From an uncultured Planctomycetota bacterium (GTDB lineage: Bacteria; Planctomycetota; Planctomycetia; Isosphaerales; Isosphaeraceae): a stretch of DNA of 64,000 bases. The stretch is taken from the NCBI GenBank assembly GCA_963737655.1, contig CAVTTN010000002.1:3968001-4032000 (forward strand), in the 5' to 3' direction. The position numbers and the translations under genes are program-made. This document shows positions 1-10,357 of the stretch, in pieces (position 1 is the first letter of the stretch; every line of letters starts with the position of its first letter). The notes under the pieces are model-generated. The model was not told the origin of the DNA and did not search any database. It worked only from the letters and a program-made list of their open reading frames with translations.

Positions 1-1616
1 GGCTCAGGAGGGCGTCGGCCGCCTTGCGTTGCAGCTCTCGGATCGCCGGATCGAAGCCGGACGACGGGCCACCTCCCAGGGGCAGGGCGAGCCAGGCCGG
101 CAGGCCGTCCCCTTCGCGGAACCGGCGATAGGCGAGGAATTCCAGGGCGACGTAGATCCCCCGGGCCTTCAGGGCGGCGACCAGGTGATCGAGCCGGGCG
201 AGCGAGTCGGGGTCGAACGCCTGGGTGTCGTCCCGGGAGTCGTCGAAGAGGCTGCGGGTCGGGCCCAGGGGGGCGTCGAGGCCCTCCGAGGCGGACGAGG
301 TTCACGCCGGATCTGGCGAGGCGATCGGCCAGGGCGTCGGCCTTCGCCGGTTCGGCGAACGCCAGGGGGGGCAGCAGGACGACCCCGAAGAAGCGGGCCC
401 GGGAGCCGTCGGCGAAATGCAGGCGGCCATCCTTGATGACGACGGCCCCTCGCTTGCCGGCCGGGGCGTCCAGGAGCCCGGAGGCGTCCAGGGGGGATTT
501 CGGCTCGATGCCGGGCGACGGCGGCAACGGCAGCCAGCCGTCGGTGCCGGTCTCGACGTGGTAGGGCGTCCAGGTGCCGTCGTCCGGGTCGTTCGGCGCG
601 AAGACCTCGACGTCATCGACCCGGAGCGTCCCCCCGGTCTCCAGCTTCTCGAACTGGATGGCGGCGCGGGTGGCCGCCGGGGGGATGCGGACCGTCGCGG
701 TTTCGGCCTTCCAGTCGAACGAGCCGGACCACCGCCAGAGGAGGGCCCCCTCGTCTCGTCCGGCCAGGGGCTTGCCGTCGGCGTCGAGGAAGAAGACCAC
801 GGCCCGGGCCCCTCCGCTGCTTCGGAGCGACGCCCCCCGGACGTTCGCCCGGACCTCCAGGGAGGAGAACCGGTCGGCGCGGACGCCCAGGCCGTTCAAC
901 GCGCGGTCGCCGGGTCGGGCCAACTCCAGGGCCGTCGAGGACCGATGGCCGGGATGGACCCGCCGGGCGTCTCCTTCCAGGGTCCAGAACGTCGGCGGCC
1001 CCACTCCCAGCTCGAAATCGCCGTTGAGCAGGAGGTTGGTCGTCGCCTCGCCGCCGACGGGCACCTTGTCGATGGTCAGGCCGTCGAAGTCCAGGGTCCC
1101 GGTGGCGCCGAGGAGGCCGGTGGTCAGGATCGCGTCTCGCGTCCCCGACGGGACGGAGATCCGCTTCGAGATCCGCACCCAGCCGGTGCCGAGGGAGCTT
1201 TTCCACGGCCCGAGGATCCCGCGACCCAGGGCGACGAGCCCGTCGCCCAGCAGTTCGATCTGGAGGCCGGGGTCTTCCCCCATCCTCTCGCCGACGTGGG
1301 TCGAATCGAGCCGGACCCAGCCGCCGATGACCAGCGCCTCGGTCTCCCGGCCATCGACGCCGAACGCCCGGCTGGCCCGGGCGTGACGGCCCGGCCGGTC
1401 GTTCTTGAACCGGAAGAAATGGGGGCCGACGACCCCTCCCGTGGCCTCGTAGGTGCAATCGCGGAGGTTGTACCAGCCCTCGGGGATGCCGTCGCCGTCG
1501 GTGTCGGTCTCGAAGTCTTCGAGAGGGGGCGGACCGGGCCGAACCAGCTCCTGAGCCCGGGCCGGAAGGGCCAGGCCGACGAGCAGGACCAGGGCCCCAG
1601 GCAGCGATCGGCTCAT
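1..1616 (-). CDS. Secreted carbohydrate-binding-domain / glycoside hydrolase-like (TIM-barrel) protein; runs off window; frameshift near 290
   Basis: Manual translation from ATG 1616, which overlaps the pcm stop as ATGA. Signal peptide [25 protein letters not shown]4/9-like motifs [16 protein letters not shown] and [11 protein letters not shown], then [12 protein letters not shown]...[18 protein letters not shown]...[11 protein letters not shown] in a second frame. Not in the ORF track. Confidence 0.6.
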   Translation of the reverse strand, partial: MSRSLPGALVLLVGLALPARAQELVRPGPPPLEDFETDTDGDGIPEGWYNLRDCTYEATGGVVGPHFFRFKNDRPGRHARASRAFGVDGRETEALVIGGWVRLDSTHVGERMGEDPGLQIELLGDGLVALGRGILGPWKSSLGTGWVRISKRISVPSGTRDAILTTGLLGATGTLDFDGLTIDKVPVGGEATTNLLLNGDFELGVGPPTFWTLEGDARRVHPGHRSSTALELARPGDRALNGLGVRADRFSSLEVRANVRGASLRSSGGARAVVFFLDADGKPLAGRDEGALLWRWSGSFDWKAETATVRIPPAATRAAIQFEKLETGGTLRVDDVEVFAPNDPDDGTWTPYHVETGTDGWLPLPPSPGIEPKSPLDASGLLDAPAGKRGAVVIKDGRLHFADGSRARFFGVVLLPPLAFAEPAKADALADRLARSGVNLVRLGGPRRPPGPDPQPLRRLPGRHPGVRPRLARPARSPGRRPEGPGDLRRPGIPRLSPVPRRGRPAGLARPAPGRWPVVRLRSGDPRAATQGGRRPPE

Positions 1617-2350
1617 GGCTTGCCCCCGGCGGCCTCCTTCTGCGCCCGACCGGTCATGGGAACGAAGAGCGTGGGCTTGAGCTTGGCGATCTGGACGAGT
1701 TTACCGTTTTTCTTCTCCATCAGGTAGACGGCCTGGTTGAAGCGATCTCCCAGGGGGATCACCATCCGCCCGCCTTCCTTCAACTGCTCGACCAGCGGGC
1801 CCGGCACCTTGGTCGGCGCGCAGGTGACGATCACGGCGTCGAACGGGGCTTCCTCGGGCCATCCGGCGTAGCCGTCGCCGACCCGGGTGTGAATGTTGGT
1901 ATAGCCGACCGACTTGATCACGGCGGCGGCCCTCTTGCCGAGGGGCTCGTGGATCTCCACCGAATACACGTCCTTCACCAGCCGGGAGAGGATCGACGCC
2001 TGGTAGCCCGAGCCGGTGCCGACCTCATAGATCTTGTCGGTGGGCTTGGGGTTGAGGGCCTCGGTCATGAAGGCCACGTCGTAGACCGGCGTGATCGTCT
2101 GCCCCTCGCCGATCGGCAACGACTCGTCCTCGTAGGCCAGCCTCTTGGATTCGGGTGGGACGTAAAGATGGCGGGGGACGGTGCGGAAGGCGTCCAGGAC
2201 GCGCTTGTCCTTGATCCCTCGCTCGACCAGGTGGCGCTGGACCATCCGTTCCCGGGGCTTGGCGAAGGGGTCGTCTTTCGGGGGATCGTCGGCGCGGGCG
2301 GCAACGAGGACCCCGGCCGAAGCGAGGGCGATCACGATCAGGCGGTTCAT
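1613..2350 (-). CDS. pcm: Protein-L-isoaspartate O-methyltransferase with N-terminal signal-like peptide
   Basis: [63 protein letters not shown] motifs. Confidence 0.92.
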   Translation of the reverse strand: MNRLIVIALASAGVLVAARADDPPKDDPFAKPRERMVQRHLVERGIKDKRVLDAFRTVPRHLYVPPESKRLAYEDESLPIGEGQTITPVYDVAFMTEALNPKPTDKIYEVGTGSGYQASILSRLVKDVYSVEIHEPLGKRAAAVIKSVGYTNIHTRVGDGYAGWPEEAPFDAVIVTCAPTKVPGPLVEQLKEGGRMVIPLGDRFNQAVYLMEKKNGKLVQIAKLKPTLFVPMTGRAQKEAAGGKP

Positions 2351-2548
2351 GGGCGATCGGTCCCCCGGGGACGGGGCGAGGCTGGAGGTCCGGGGAAGTC
2401 CGGGCCTCCGCCGAGTATACGAAGGACGTCCTCGGCACGGAAGATCATCGATCGGACCGGCGAACGACCCCGGATTTGCGGATTTTCCGTTGGGCCGGGA
2501 CGCCCGAATCGGATAAGATGATTCCGACGGTCGAAATGCCGATCTTCG

Positions 2549-3016
2549 GTGGATGGAGGCGCAACGTTGATCCCCTGGACCCCCCTGGTCCTGACCCTCC
2601 TGCTCCCCCCCGCCGACTCGCCCCCGGCTCCCGAGGCCGTGACGAGGGCCGGCAAGGTCGTCTTCCTGTCCGAAGCGCTGAAGTCTCGCGGCATCCGGGC
2701 CGATGTCGAGCCGATGACCAAACAGGTCGTCGTCCTCGGTCGAGACGGCTCGATCACCCCCCTGCTCTCCGACGAGGCCAGCCGGGCCCTGTTCCTCGAC
2801 GAACGGTTGAGGGGCCGGAAGGCCGAGATCGACGGACGAACGTTCCCCGGTGTCCCGTACTTGCAGGTCCTGGCGTTCCGGGTCGAGGAAGGCGGGCGCC
2901 TCCGGATCCCCGAATATCATTGCGAAGTCTGCTCGATCGACGTCCGCTACCCGCAAATCTGCCCGTGCTGCCAGGGTTCGATGGAACTCCGGTTCAAGGC
3001 GGAAGAAGGGCGCTGA
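2549..3016 (+). CDS. Hypothetical exported protein with C-terminal CxxC...CPCC metal-binding motif
   Basis: Hydrophobic N-terminus; [25 protein letters not shown]. Confidence 0.7.
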   Translation: MDGGATLIPWTPLVLTLLLPPADSPPAPEAVTRAGKVVFLSEALKSRGIRADVEPMTKQVVVLGRDGSITPLLSDEASRALFLDERLRGRKAEIDGRTFPGVPYLQVLAFRVEEGGRLRIPEYHCEVCSIDVRYPQICPCCQGSMELRFKAEEGR

Positions 3017-3106
3017 AGCCCCGCTTTGTTCTTCTTCCCCAGCCCACTTCGGCACTCCCGTCCTTCCCATCCGACGGCGGCGGGGACCGCCCGGGAGAAT
3101 ACGACC

Positions 3107-4309
3107 ATGCCCCCGATCTCGGCCAACCTGCTGCTCCACGCCGTGGCGGCCCTCGCCATCGCCTCGACCCTCTTCGCCTTCGTGACCCTCCTCTGGGCCA
3201 CCCGGAACCGACGAGGGCTCGCCGACCACACCCCTCCGGTCACCATCTTGAAGCCCCTCAAGGGCGTCGATGAGGGCCTGGAGGAGAACCTCCGCAGCTT
3301 CTTCCGGCTGGATTACCCGGTCTATCAGCTGATCTTCGGCGTGGCCGACGCCGACGACCCGGCCATCGGGGTCGTCCAGAACCTCATCGCCGAGTTCCCC
3401 GACCAAGACGCCCGGCTCGTCGTGGGAACCCCCGCCTTCGGGCTCAACCCGAAGGTCGAGAACCTGGCGGCCATGTACCGCCACCGGAAGCATGAGATCA
3501 TCCTGATCAGCGATTCGAACGTGGTCGTCCGGCCGTCCTACCTGAAGGAGACGGCCTGCTACCTGGCCGACCCGTCGGTCGGGCTGGTCACGAACGTGTT
3601 CGCCGGGGTCGGGGAGAAGCAGTTCGGGGCGATCCTGGAGAACCTCCAGCTCAACGGGTTCATCGCCGGGAACATCGCGGCGGCGGCGGCCTCGGGCGTC
3701 ACGTGCGTGGTCGGCAAGTCGATGCTGATGCCGGTGAAGGTCCTGGAGGCCATCGGCGGCCTGGCCAGCGTCCGCAACCTCCTGGCCGAGGACCAGGCGG
3801 TGGGGATCAAGGTCCGCAAGGCCGGCTATCAGATCCGCCTGAGCCACCACGTGATCGAGAACGTGAACCGCGACCGCGACCTCTCCTGGTTCCTGAACCG
3901 CCACTCCCGCTGGTACAAGATCCGCCGGAGGATGGCCCCGGGCTTCTTCCTGGCCGAGCCGACCACGAACCTCACGGTCGTCGGCCTGGTCTGGGCATTG
4001 AGCGACGAAACCGGGATCGCCTTGGGAGGGCTGGCGGTCCTCTGCGGCCTGGCGATGGCGCGGGACGCGGTCCAGGCCCGATGGCTTCGAGGCTCGTTCC
4101 CCAAGCTCCGGCACCTGCCGTTCAGCCTGATCAAGGACCTCTTCCTCCTGCCGATCTGGTTCGACGCGCTGGTCAACCGCAAGGTCCTCTGGAGGGGCCA
4201 CCGCTTCCTGATCGGCAAGTTCACCCGGCTCCGCCGGGCCCGAGTGCCCCGGGACGTCCGCAAGCGGGTCAGGCGGGTGAAGAAGCTCCGAGGCCGGGCC
4301 GGCGAGTGA
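3107..4309 (+). CDS. Ceramide glucosyltransferase / HpnI-like glycosyltransferase (GT21/GT2)
   Basis: N-terminal [36 protein letters not shown]. Confidence 0.85.
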   Translation: MPPISANLLLHAVAALAIASTLFAFVTLLWATRNRRGLADHTPPVTILKPLKGVDEGLEENLRSFFRLDYPVYQLIFGVADADDPAIGVVQNLIAEFPDQDARLVVGTPAFGLNPKVENLAAMYRHRKHEIILISDSNVVVRPSYLKETACYLADPSVGLVTNVFAGVGEKQFGAILENLQLNGFIAGNIAAAAASGVTCVVGKSMLMPVKVLEAIGGLASVRNLLAEDQAVGIKVRKAGYQIRLSHHVIENVNRDRDLSWFLNRHSRWYKIRRRMAPGFFLAEPTTNLTVVGLVWALSDETGIALGGLAVLCGLAMARDAVQARWLRGSFPKLRHLPFSLIKDLFLLPIWFDALVNRKVLWRGHRFLIGKFTRLRRARVPRDVRKRVRRVKKLRGRAGE

Positions 4310-4316
4310 GGTTCCA

Positions 4317-4514
4317 ATGACTTACAAAGTGGCGCTCCAGGAGACGGAGGAGGGCTTCAGCGTCTGGGTTCCTGGCCTGCCGGGCTGCTGCTCGCAGGGA
4401 GGATCCGAGACCGAGGCCCTGGAGAACATCGCGGAGGCCATCCGCGATTACCTGGATCTCGCCGCCGAACTCGCGGCGGAATCCGAAGCACGCGAGGTCG
4501 AGGTCGAGGTTTAG
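4317..4514 (+). CDS. hicB: HicB-family antitoxin (short, UPF0150-like)
   Basis: [32 protein letters not shown]. Confidence 0.85.
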   Translation: MTYKVALQETEEGFSVWVPGLPGCCSQGGSETEALENIAEAIRDYLDLAAELAAESEAREVEVEV

Positions 4515-4516
4515 TC

Positions 4517-4729
4517 ATGCCCATTCTCCCCGGCGTCAATCACCTCCATGCCGTCCGGGCCCTGGAGAAAGTCGGCTTTGAAGTCCGTCGCCAGGGCAAA
4601 CACATCCTGATGACGGACGGGACTCGGATCATCGCCATCCCACGGCACAATCCGGTGCATGCGGTCACGATGGCGAGGATCGTGTGAGATGCCGGCCTGA
4701 CAATCGAGGAGTTTCGGGAGTTGCTTTGA
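4517..4729 (+). pseudogene. hicA: HicA-family toxin with in-frame TGA at 4685-4687
   Basis: Manual translation MPILPGVNHLHAVRALEKVGFEVRRQGKHILMTDGTRIIAIPRHNPVHAVTMARIV*DAGLTIEEFRELL*. Confidence 0.75.
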
Positions 4730-4781
4730 AGATCAATTCCCCGGTCGTTTCCGGCGAAAATCCGTCCTGAGAGCACCGGCG

Positions 4782-5551
4782 ATGGCCGAGACGATCACCG
4801 CCAAGGTCGCCCTGAAGATGCCCGGCGGGACGGTTCGCGCCGAGATGACCGTGCCGACCGGGCCGATCCGCCCGGAGGCGCTCTGGCCGATCGCCCGCGA
4901 TTTGCTCGGGCAGATCATCGGGGCTACCGTCGATCACGAGGCCGGTCAGGGCCGAGCGATCTCCTGCCGGGCCGGGTGCGGGGCGTGCTGCCGCCAGCTC
5001 GTGCCGATCGCCGAGGCCGAGGCGAGGCGGATCCGCGACCTCGTCGCCTCGATGCCCGAACCCCGCCTCGCCGAGATTTCGGAGCGATTCGCCCGGGCCC
5101 GGGACCGGCTCGACGAGGCCGGGCTCCTGGAAAAGCTCTCCGAACCCACCCGATGGCCGCCCGGGGATTCGCTGACCGTCGGGCTCGCCTACTTCCGTCT
5201 GGGGATCGCCTGCCCGTTCCTGGAAGAGGAGTCGTGCTCGATCCACCCCGATCGCCCCCTGGCGTGCCGGGAGTATCTGGTCACCTCGCCTCCGGAATTC
5301 TGCGCCCGGATGGAGCCGGGAACGGTCGCCGGCGTGAAGCTGCCGACCTCGGTCTGGTCGGCGTTCGCGAAGCTCGACCCTCCCGCCGACGACTCGACCA
5401 CGAATCGCTGGGTCCCGCTGATTCTGGCCACGGACTGGGCGGACTCGCATCCCGATTCCGATCCCCCGCGCCCGGGCCCGAGCTTCTCCACCAGTTCATC
5501 GAGACCGTGGCGAAGGCCGAGGGGACGTTGCCCCGCCCGGGGATCTCCTGA
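4782..5551 (+). CDS. YkgJ-family cysteine-cluster protein; frameshift near 5482 fuses it artefactually to the next ORF
   Basis: SCRAGCGACCRQ and CPFLEEESCSIHPDRPLACREY. Confidence 0.8.
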
Positions 5552-5627
5552 GGCGCGAACCTTCGGGTCGTGGGCCCTGTCGAGGATTGGTCCTCCACCC
5601 CGTCCTCTCGAAGAAAGAGGCCTCTTG

Positions 5628-7223
5628 ATGGAAGAACCGTCCGAGTCGCCCGCTCCCGCCCCATCTCCCGCCCGCCCCTCGCCCCGCCATCGAGGCCCCG
5701 TCTGGCTGGGCCTCGGCCTCCTGGCGACCCTCGCCATCGTCCTCGCCCTGGTCCCCCGAAAAGCGTCGTTCGACGCCCTCGCCCGCGTCCGCGCCTCCGG
5801 CCGCCTGATTTATGGCACCGACGCCGAAGGGGGCGGCCCGTATGCCTTCCCCGACCCGAAGGCCCCCGGCCAGTTGACGGGCTTCGAGGTCGAGCTCATG
5901 GACCTCCTCTGCGGCTCGCTCGGGCCGACGCCCACGCCCTCGCAAACCCAGTGGGACACGCTCCTTCCCACCCTGGGGACCGGGCGGATCGACATCGTCG
6001 TCAACGGCTACGAGTGGACCCCGGCGAGGGCCGAGCGCTACCTGGCGACCCGTCCCTATTATCTCTACGAACTCCAGGTGATGGCGCTCAAGGGCGGCCC
6101 GATCGGCTCGTTCGACGACCTGGTTCGGCCTCGGAGCGACGGCCGCAAGATGAGGGTGGCCGTCCTCGGCGGTTCGGCCGGCGAGGCGTATTGCCGGGAT
6201 CATGGCGAGGGACGGATCGAGGTCGTCTATTTCAACGGCGCGACCGACACCATGATGGCCGTCAAGAACGGCCAGGCCGACGCCGCCCTCCAGGACCGTC
6301 CCGCCGCCCTGTTCTACCGGGACGATTATCCCTCGCTCGATCTCGTCGGACCGCCCGTCGGTCGGGGCCAGTATGTGATGTTCCTCCGTCCCGGGGACGG
6401 GCCCCTGCGAGACGCCCTGAATGCCGGGATCGAGCGATTGATCCGCTCCGGGGCCCTGCGGAGGCTGTACGAGCGATACGGGATCTGGACCGCCGCGCAA
6501 GACGACCTCCTCGCCGAATCGACGCCCGCCGAAGCCGGCGAATCCTCGCCCAGGGGCTGGTCGCTGATCGCCCGCTATGGATGGACGCTGGTCGAAGCCT
6601 CGGGGATGACCATCTTCCTCGCGTTCGCCTCCATGCCCCTGGCCATCGGGATCGGGCTGCTGGTGGCCCTGGGACGGCTCTACGGGCCGAAGCCGCTCGG
6701 CGCGGTCCTGGCCGGATACGTCGAGCTCCTTCGGGGCACTCCGCTGATGCTCCAGCTTTACGTCCTGTTCTTCCTGCTGCCGGAGCTGGGGATCGAGCTG
6801 CCGGCGCTGGTCGCCGGGGTGGCGGGGCTGGCGATCAACTACTCGGCCTACGAGGCGGAAATCTACCGGGCCGGCCTCCAGGCGATCCCGACGGGCCAGA
6901 TGGAGGCGGCCCTGGCCCTGGGCATGTCCCGGCCGATGGCGCTTCGTCGGATCATCGTGCCTCAGGCCGTTCGGATCGTGATCCCCCCGGTCACGAACGA
7001 CTTCATCGCCCTGTTCAAGGATACGTCGGTGTGCTCGGTCATCTCGCTCGTCGAGTTGACCAAGCAATACTCGATCCTGGCCAACAGCACGGGCGGGGTG
7101 GTCGAGTTCGCCGGGGCGTCGGCCACGCTCTACCTGCTGATGAGCCTGCCGCTGTCGTTCTTTTCGCGATGGTTCGAGAGGCGCCTGGGGTCCGAAGGGC
7201 CGAAGGGAGGACGGATCGGATGA
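5628..7223 (+). CDS. Polar amino-acid ABC transporter, fused substrate-binding protein and permease
   Basis: SBP_bac_3-like GFEVEL/IDIVVNG followed by RGTPLMLQLY, AYEAEIYRAGLQAIPTGQMEAALALGMS, FKDTSV. Confidence 0.9.
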   Translation: MEEPSESPAPAPSPARPSPRHRGPVWLGLGLLATLAIVLALVPRKASFDALARVRASGRLIYGTDAEGGGPYAFPDPKAPGQLTGFEVELMDLLCGSLGPTPTPSQTQWDTLLPTLGTGRIDIVVNGYEWTPARAERYLATRPYYLYELQVMALKGGPIGSFDDLVRPRSDGRKMRVAVLGGSAGEAYCRDHGEGRIEVVYFNGATDTMMAVKNGQADAALQDRPAALFYRDDYPSLDLVGPPVGRGQYVMFLRPGDGPLRDALNAGIERLIRSGALRRLYERYGIWTAAQDDLLAESTPAEAGESSPRGWSLIARYGWTLVEASGMTIFLAFASMPLAIGIGLLVALGRLYGPKPLGAVLAGYVELLRGTPLMLQLYVLFFLLPELGIELPALVAGVAGLAINYSAYEAEIYRAGLQAIPTGQMEAALALGMSRPMALRRIIVPQAVRIVIPPVTNDFIALFKDTSVCSVISLVELTKQYSILANSTGGVVEFAGASATLYLLMSLPLSFFSRWFERRLGSEGPKGGRIG

Positions 7224-7966
7224 TTCAGGTCCGGGGGCTGGTCAAGGATCACGGTTCTCTGCGAGTGCTCGACGGGATCGACCTGGACATCGCCCGGGGC
7301 GAGGTCGCGGCGATCCTCGGGCCGTCGGGGGGCGGCAAGAGCACGTTCCTCCGCTGCCTGAACGGCCTGGAACGGTTCGGCGAGGGGACCGTGACGATCG
7401 GCGAGAATCGCCTGGTCGCCGGGTGTCCGGAAACGGTCCGCGACGGCACCCTGGCCAGGGTCCGCCGCGAGGTCGGGATGGTGTTCCAGGGGTTCCACCT
7501 CTTCCCTCATCGGACGGTCCTCCAGAACGTGACCGAGGCGCCTCGATGCGTCCTGGGCCTCGATCGCGACCGGGCCGAGGCGAGGGCTCGAAGCCTCCTC
7601 GAACGCGTGGGGATGCTTGAGAAGGCCGGCTGCCGGCCCCGAGAACTCTCGGGAGGCCAGCAGCAACGGGTGGCGATCGCCCGGGCCCTGGCGATGGAGC
7701 CTCGCGCGATCCTGTTCGATGAGCCGACCAGCGCCCTGGACCCGAGGATGACTTCGGAGGTCCTCTCGGTGATCGCCGACCTGGCCCGGGATGGGCAGAC
7801 GATGGTGGTGGTCACTCATGCGCTGGAGTTCGCCCGGAGGGTGGCCTCGACGGTCCACCTGTTCGGGGGCGGCAAGGTCGTCGAGTCCGCGCCTCCCGGC
7901 GAATTCTTCGAATCGCCCCGCACGGAGGCCGCCCGCGCCTTCCTGGCCGAGACCCGAGCGGCCTGA
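7220..7966 (+). CDS. Amino-acid ABC transporter ATP-binding protein
   Basis: GPSGGGKST, LSGGQQQRVAIARAL, ILFDEPTSALDP; ATGA overlap. Confidence 0.92.
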   Translation: MIQVRGLVKDHGSLRVLDGIDLDIARGEVAAILGPSGGGKSTFLRCLNGLERFGEGTVTIGENRLVAGCPETVRDGTLARVRREVGMVFQGFHLFPHRTVLQNVTEAPRCVLGLDRDRAEARARSLLERVGMLEKAGCRPRELSGGQQQRVAIARALAMEPRAILFDEPTSALDPRMTSEVLSVIADLARDGQTMVVVTHALEFARRVASTVHLFGGGKVVESAPPGEFFESPRTEAARAFLAETRAA

Positions 7967-7967
7967 T

Positions 7968-7983
7968 CGGCACGGGCCTTGCA
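7968..7983 (+). promoter_or_regulatory. Putative sigma54 (-24/-12) promoter of the DUF2171 gene
   Basis: CGGCACGGGCCTTGCA = GG-N10-GC with GGCAC/TTGC consensus, intergenic. Confidence 0.6.
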
Positions 7984-8038
7984 AAACAGTCCTCTCGTGA
8001 ATTCCGCCCTTTCGATTCGCGAACCGATGGAGGACATC

Positions 8039-8272
8039 ATGGCGTCTGCCACCATGAATCAGGTCAAGGAGCATATGGACGTCGTCTGCTCCAACGGCGG
8101 CAAGGTCGGCGTCGTCGATCACGTCCAGGGGGACGAGATCAAGCTCACCAAGCACGACTCGCCCGACGGCATGCACCACTTTATCCCCATGTCCATGGTC
8201 GCCAGCGTGGACGACAAGGTCCACCTGTCGATGCCCGGCGACCAGGTCAAGAAGCAGTGGCGGAGCGAGTGA
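8039..8272 (+). CDS. DUF2171-like small protein
   Basis: VKEHMDVVCSNGGKVGVVDHVQGDEIKLTKHDSPDGMHHFIP; GGAGG RBS. Confidence 0.8.
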   Translation: MASATMNQVKEHMDVVCSNGGKVGVVDHVQGDEIKLTKHDSPDGMHHFIPMSMVASVDDKVHLSMPGDQVKKQWRSE

Positions 8273-8345
8273 TCCGCACAAGTGACCGGGCGATGGCCCG
8301 GTGGAGTTGGTCGGCCCGAATGGATCTCGGGCCGACCCAACTCGT

Positions 8346-9078
8346 TCAGTCGGCGGATCTCGGAGGAGTCGGGCCCGGGTCGGTCGGTGAGGGAGGCTGG
8401 GGCACCTTCTCCTCCTTCGGCATGGGCGGGGGGGAGGACTCCGGACCGGGAATCGGGGGGATCGGCTGGAGATCGGGGGCCGAGGGCTCCGGCGGCGCCA
8501 CGAATTCGCCGGGGGTCTTGTCCGAAGGGACCACGGTGCGGACGCCTTCGGGGCCGATGACCTGGACCGCGCCGGGGACCTGGACCTTGAGCGCCTCCAG
8601 CGTCGCCTTGTAACGAGTCAGGCCGGCCTCGACCTTGGCGAGCCTCGCTCGGAGTTCCGCGCGTTCCTTCGTGAGAGCATCGACGGCGTCGGAGGCCTCC
8701 TTGCGGGTCCTCTCGACGAACTCCTCGGCGGATCGCTCGGGGTCGGCGGGGGGCGCCGGCGAGGCCACGCCCGCGGGCGCGATCCCGACACCCGACAGGG
8801 CCTCTGTTGCCGGCGCGAGGGCGGGCTCCGGCGAAGCCATGGGCGGAAGCTCGGTCGAGGCCGGCGGGTCGTGGCGGGGCGACGCGACCTTCTCCGGCTC
8901 GGCCGGAGGCAACGGCGGAGGGTCGTCCGAAGGACGACTCGGCGCCGCCCTGGACCTGAGCGGCCACCAGGACTGCCCGTTTGGCGTCGCGGCCCGGCAT
9001 CAGGGTCGCTCGGATCGCGATCAAGCCGAGGAGCGTCGCCCCGGCGATCGCCCCCCATGTCTTCGCCTTCCCGATCAT
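8346..9078 (-). CDS. Hypothetical membrane-anchored Pro-rich coiled-coil protein; frameshift near 8915
   Basis: TM N-terminus in ORF 8119..9078; coiled coil AVDALTKERAELRARLAKVEAGL in ORF 8346..8912. Confidence 0.6.
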
Positions 9079-9137
9079 GGCATCCCTCCCTCGGGCCTCT
9101 CCGACCTCTCACGCCCTCCGGCGCGTCCCCGAAGAGT

Positions 9138-9596
9138 TTAGCCGATCGGCTCGGAACGACCCAGGGGAGAAATCCCGGCCGAAGCCGAGTTGCCGATCGT
9201 GGCCGAGGCGAAGACGAACCATCCGGCGATCAGGGCGATCCCCCCGCCAGGGGTGATCATCCCCAGCCATCGCGGGCCGCCGAGGCCAATCGCGTAGAGG
9301 GTTCCCGAGAAGACGACGATCCCGACGGCGAACAGCCACCCGGCGGCATCCAGGCGCCCGGATCGCCCGCGGAGGGTGGCGGTCAGGCCGACCCCGACCA
9401 GGGCCAGGGCGTGGTACATCTCGTAGCGGGCCCCGGTCTCGAAGACTTCCAGGCGGTGAGCGAGGGATTGCCTGTCGGGCGACGTCATCTTCTCCATCTC
9501 GTCCGGCTTCGGGGTCAATCCGTGGGCGAGGAAGGCCCCGAGCACGACCGCCAGCCCACCGAACGCCGCGCCGATCCCGACCCATCGCCCGCCCAT
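9138..9596 (-). CDS. DUF423 (YgdD/TMEM256) membrane protein
   Basis: AVVLGAFLAHGL, FETGARYEMYHALAL, FSGTLY, GMITPGGG. Confidence 0.88.
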   Translation of the reverse strand: MGGRWVGIGAAFGGLAVVLGAFLAHGLTPKPDEMEKMTSPDRQSLAHRLEVFETGARYEMYHALALVGVGLTATLRGRSGRLDAAGWLFAVGIVVFSGTLYAIGLGGPRWLGMITPGGGIALIAGWFVFASATIGNSASAGISPLGRSEPIG

Positions 9597-9676
9597 CGTC
9601 GCCTCCCTTCGCGTCTCGCCTTGCCCCGTCCCGATGATCGGGGAAAACCCCCGCCCTGTCGAGTCCCCGGGCGGTC

Positions 9677-10357
9677 TCAGGGGTCGAGCCATCGATCGTA
9701 CAGCGGGTCGAGGGCCGCCTCATATCGGCTGAGGGGCCGGCCAGCCGGGGGACGGACGACCGCCAGGCATCGCCGGAACAGCGGAGGTGCCCACGCCGCC
9801 GTTGTGACCACGAGGACGAAGAAGCCCACCGTGAGCGTGAGGTTGGTCACTTCACGATCGAGACGAGCCCCGACCGCCACCAGGAGCAGTAACGCCCCGA
9901 AAAGTCCCAAAGAGCCCAGGCAGCCGAATCCCAGGACCCGAAAGACCTGATCCAGCCGGGAGACCGAACGCCAGGGCGGACTGATCGGCCCCGCGATGGG
10001 CCGATCGATGTCGTCCAGGAAGCGGACCGGGGAATGGCGTTCAACCCAGGCCCGAAACCCCCAGGCTTCGTCCATCACCCGGAGGAGATCGCGGGGCGAG
10101 GACCGATGGAGCCGCAAATCGGCGAGCAGGGCGAGCGCGACCCCTTCCGGCGGTCGCGAGAGGAGCCCGGGTCGGGAATAATCCGGCAGGCCCCGGAGGG
10201 CCCCGGAATCGACCTGGCGACAGAGCCAGCCCGTGATTCGCTCGCGGCGGCGAGGATCGACGAAAGCCGTCATGGGCGAAACCCCGGAGGGCCGAATCTC
10301 TCGGCGTCCATCGTCCCGGATCGGGAGCATCCGACGCAAGGCGCGAGCCTCCGTCAT
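9677..10357 (-). CDS. Hypothetical membrane protein (start 10357 or 10273)
   Basis: Two C-terminal TM segments; ATGA overlap with the folC stop; ends PLYDRWLDP. Confidence 0.5.
   Translation of the reverse strand: MTEARALRRMLPIRDDGRREIRPSGVSPMTAFVDPRRRERITGWLCRQVDSGALRGLPDYSRPGLLSRPPEGVALALLADLRLHRSSPRDLLRVMDEAWGFRAWVERHSPVRFLDDIDRPIAGPISPPWRSVSRLDQVFRVLGFGCLGSLGLFGALLLLVAVGARLDREVTNLTLTVGFFVLVVTTAAWAPPLFRRCLAVVRPPAGRPLSRYEAALDPLYDRWLDP

Noticed and set aside
4782..7223. 813-aa YkgJ-ABC transporter fusion
   Set aside because: A frameshift near 5482 bypasses the YkgJ stop at 5551; the ABC gene has its own start at 5628.
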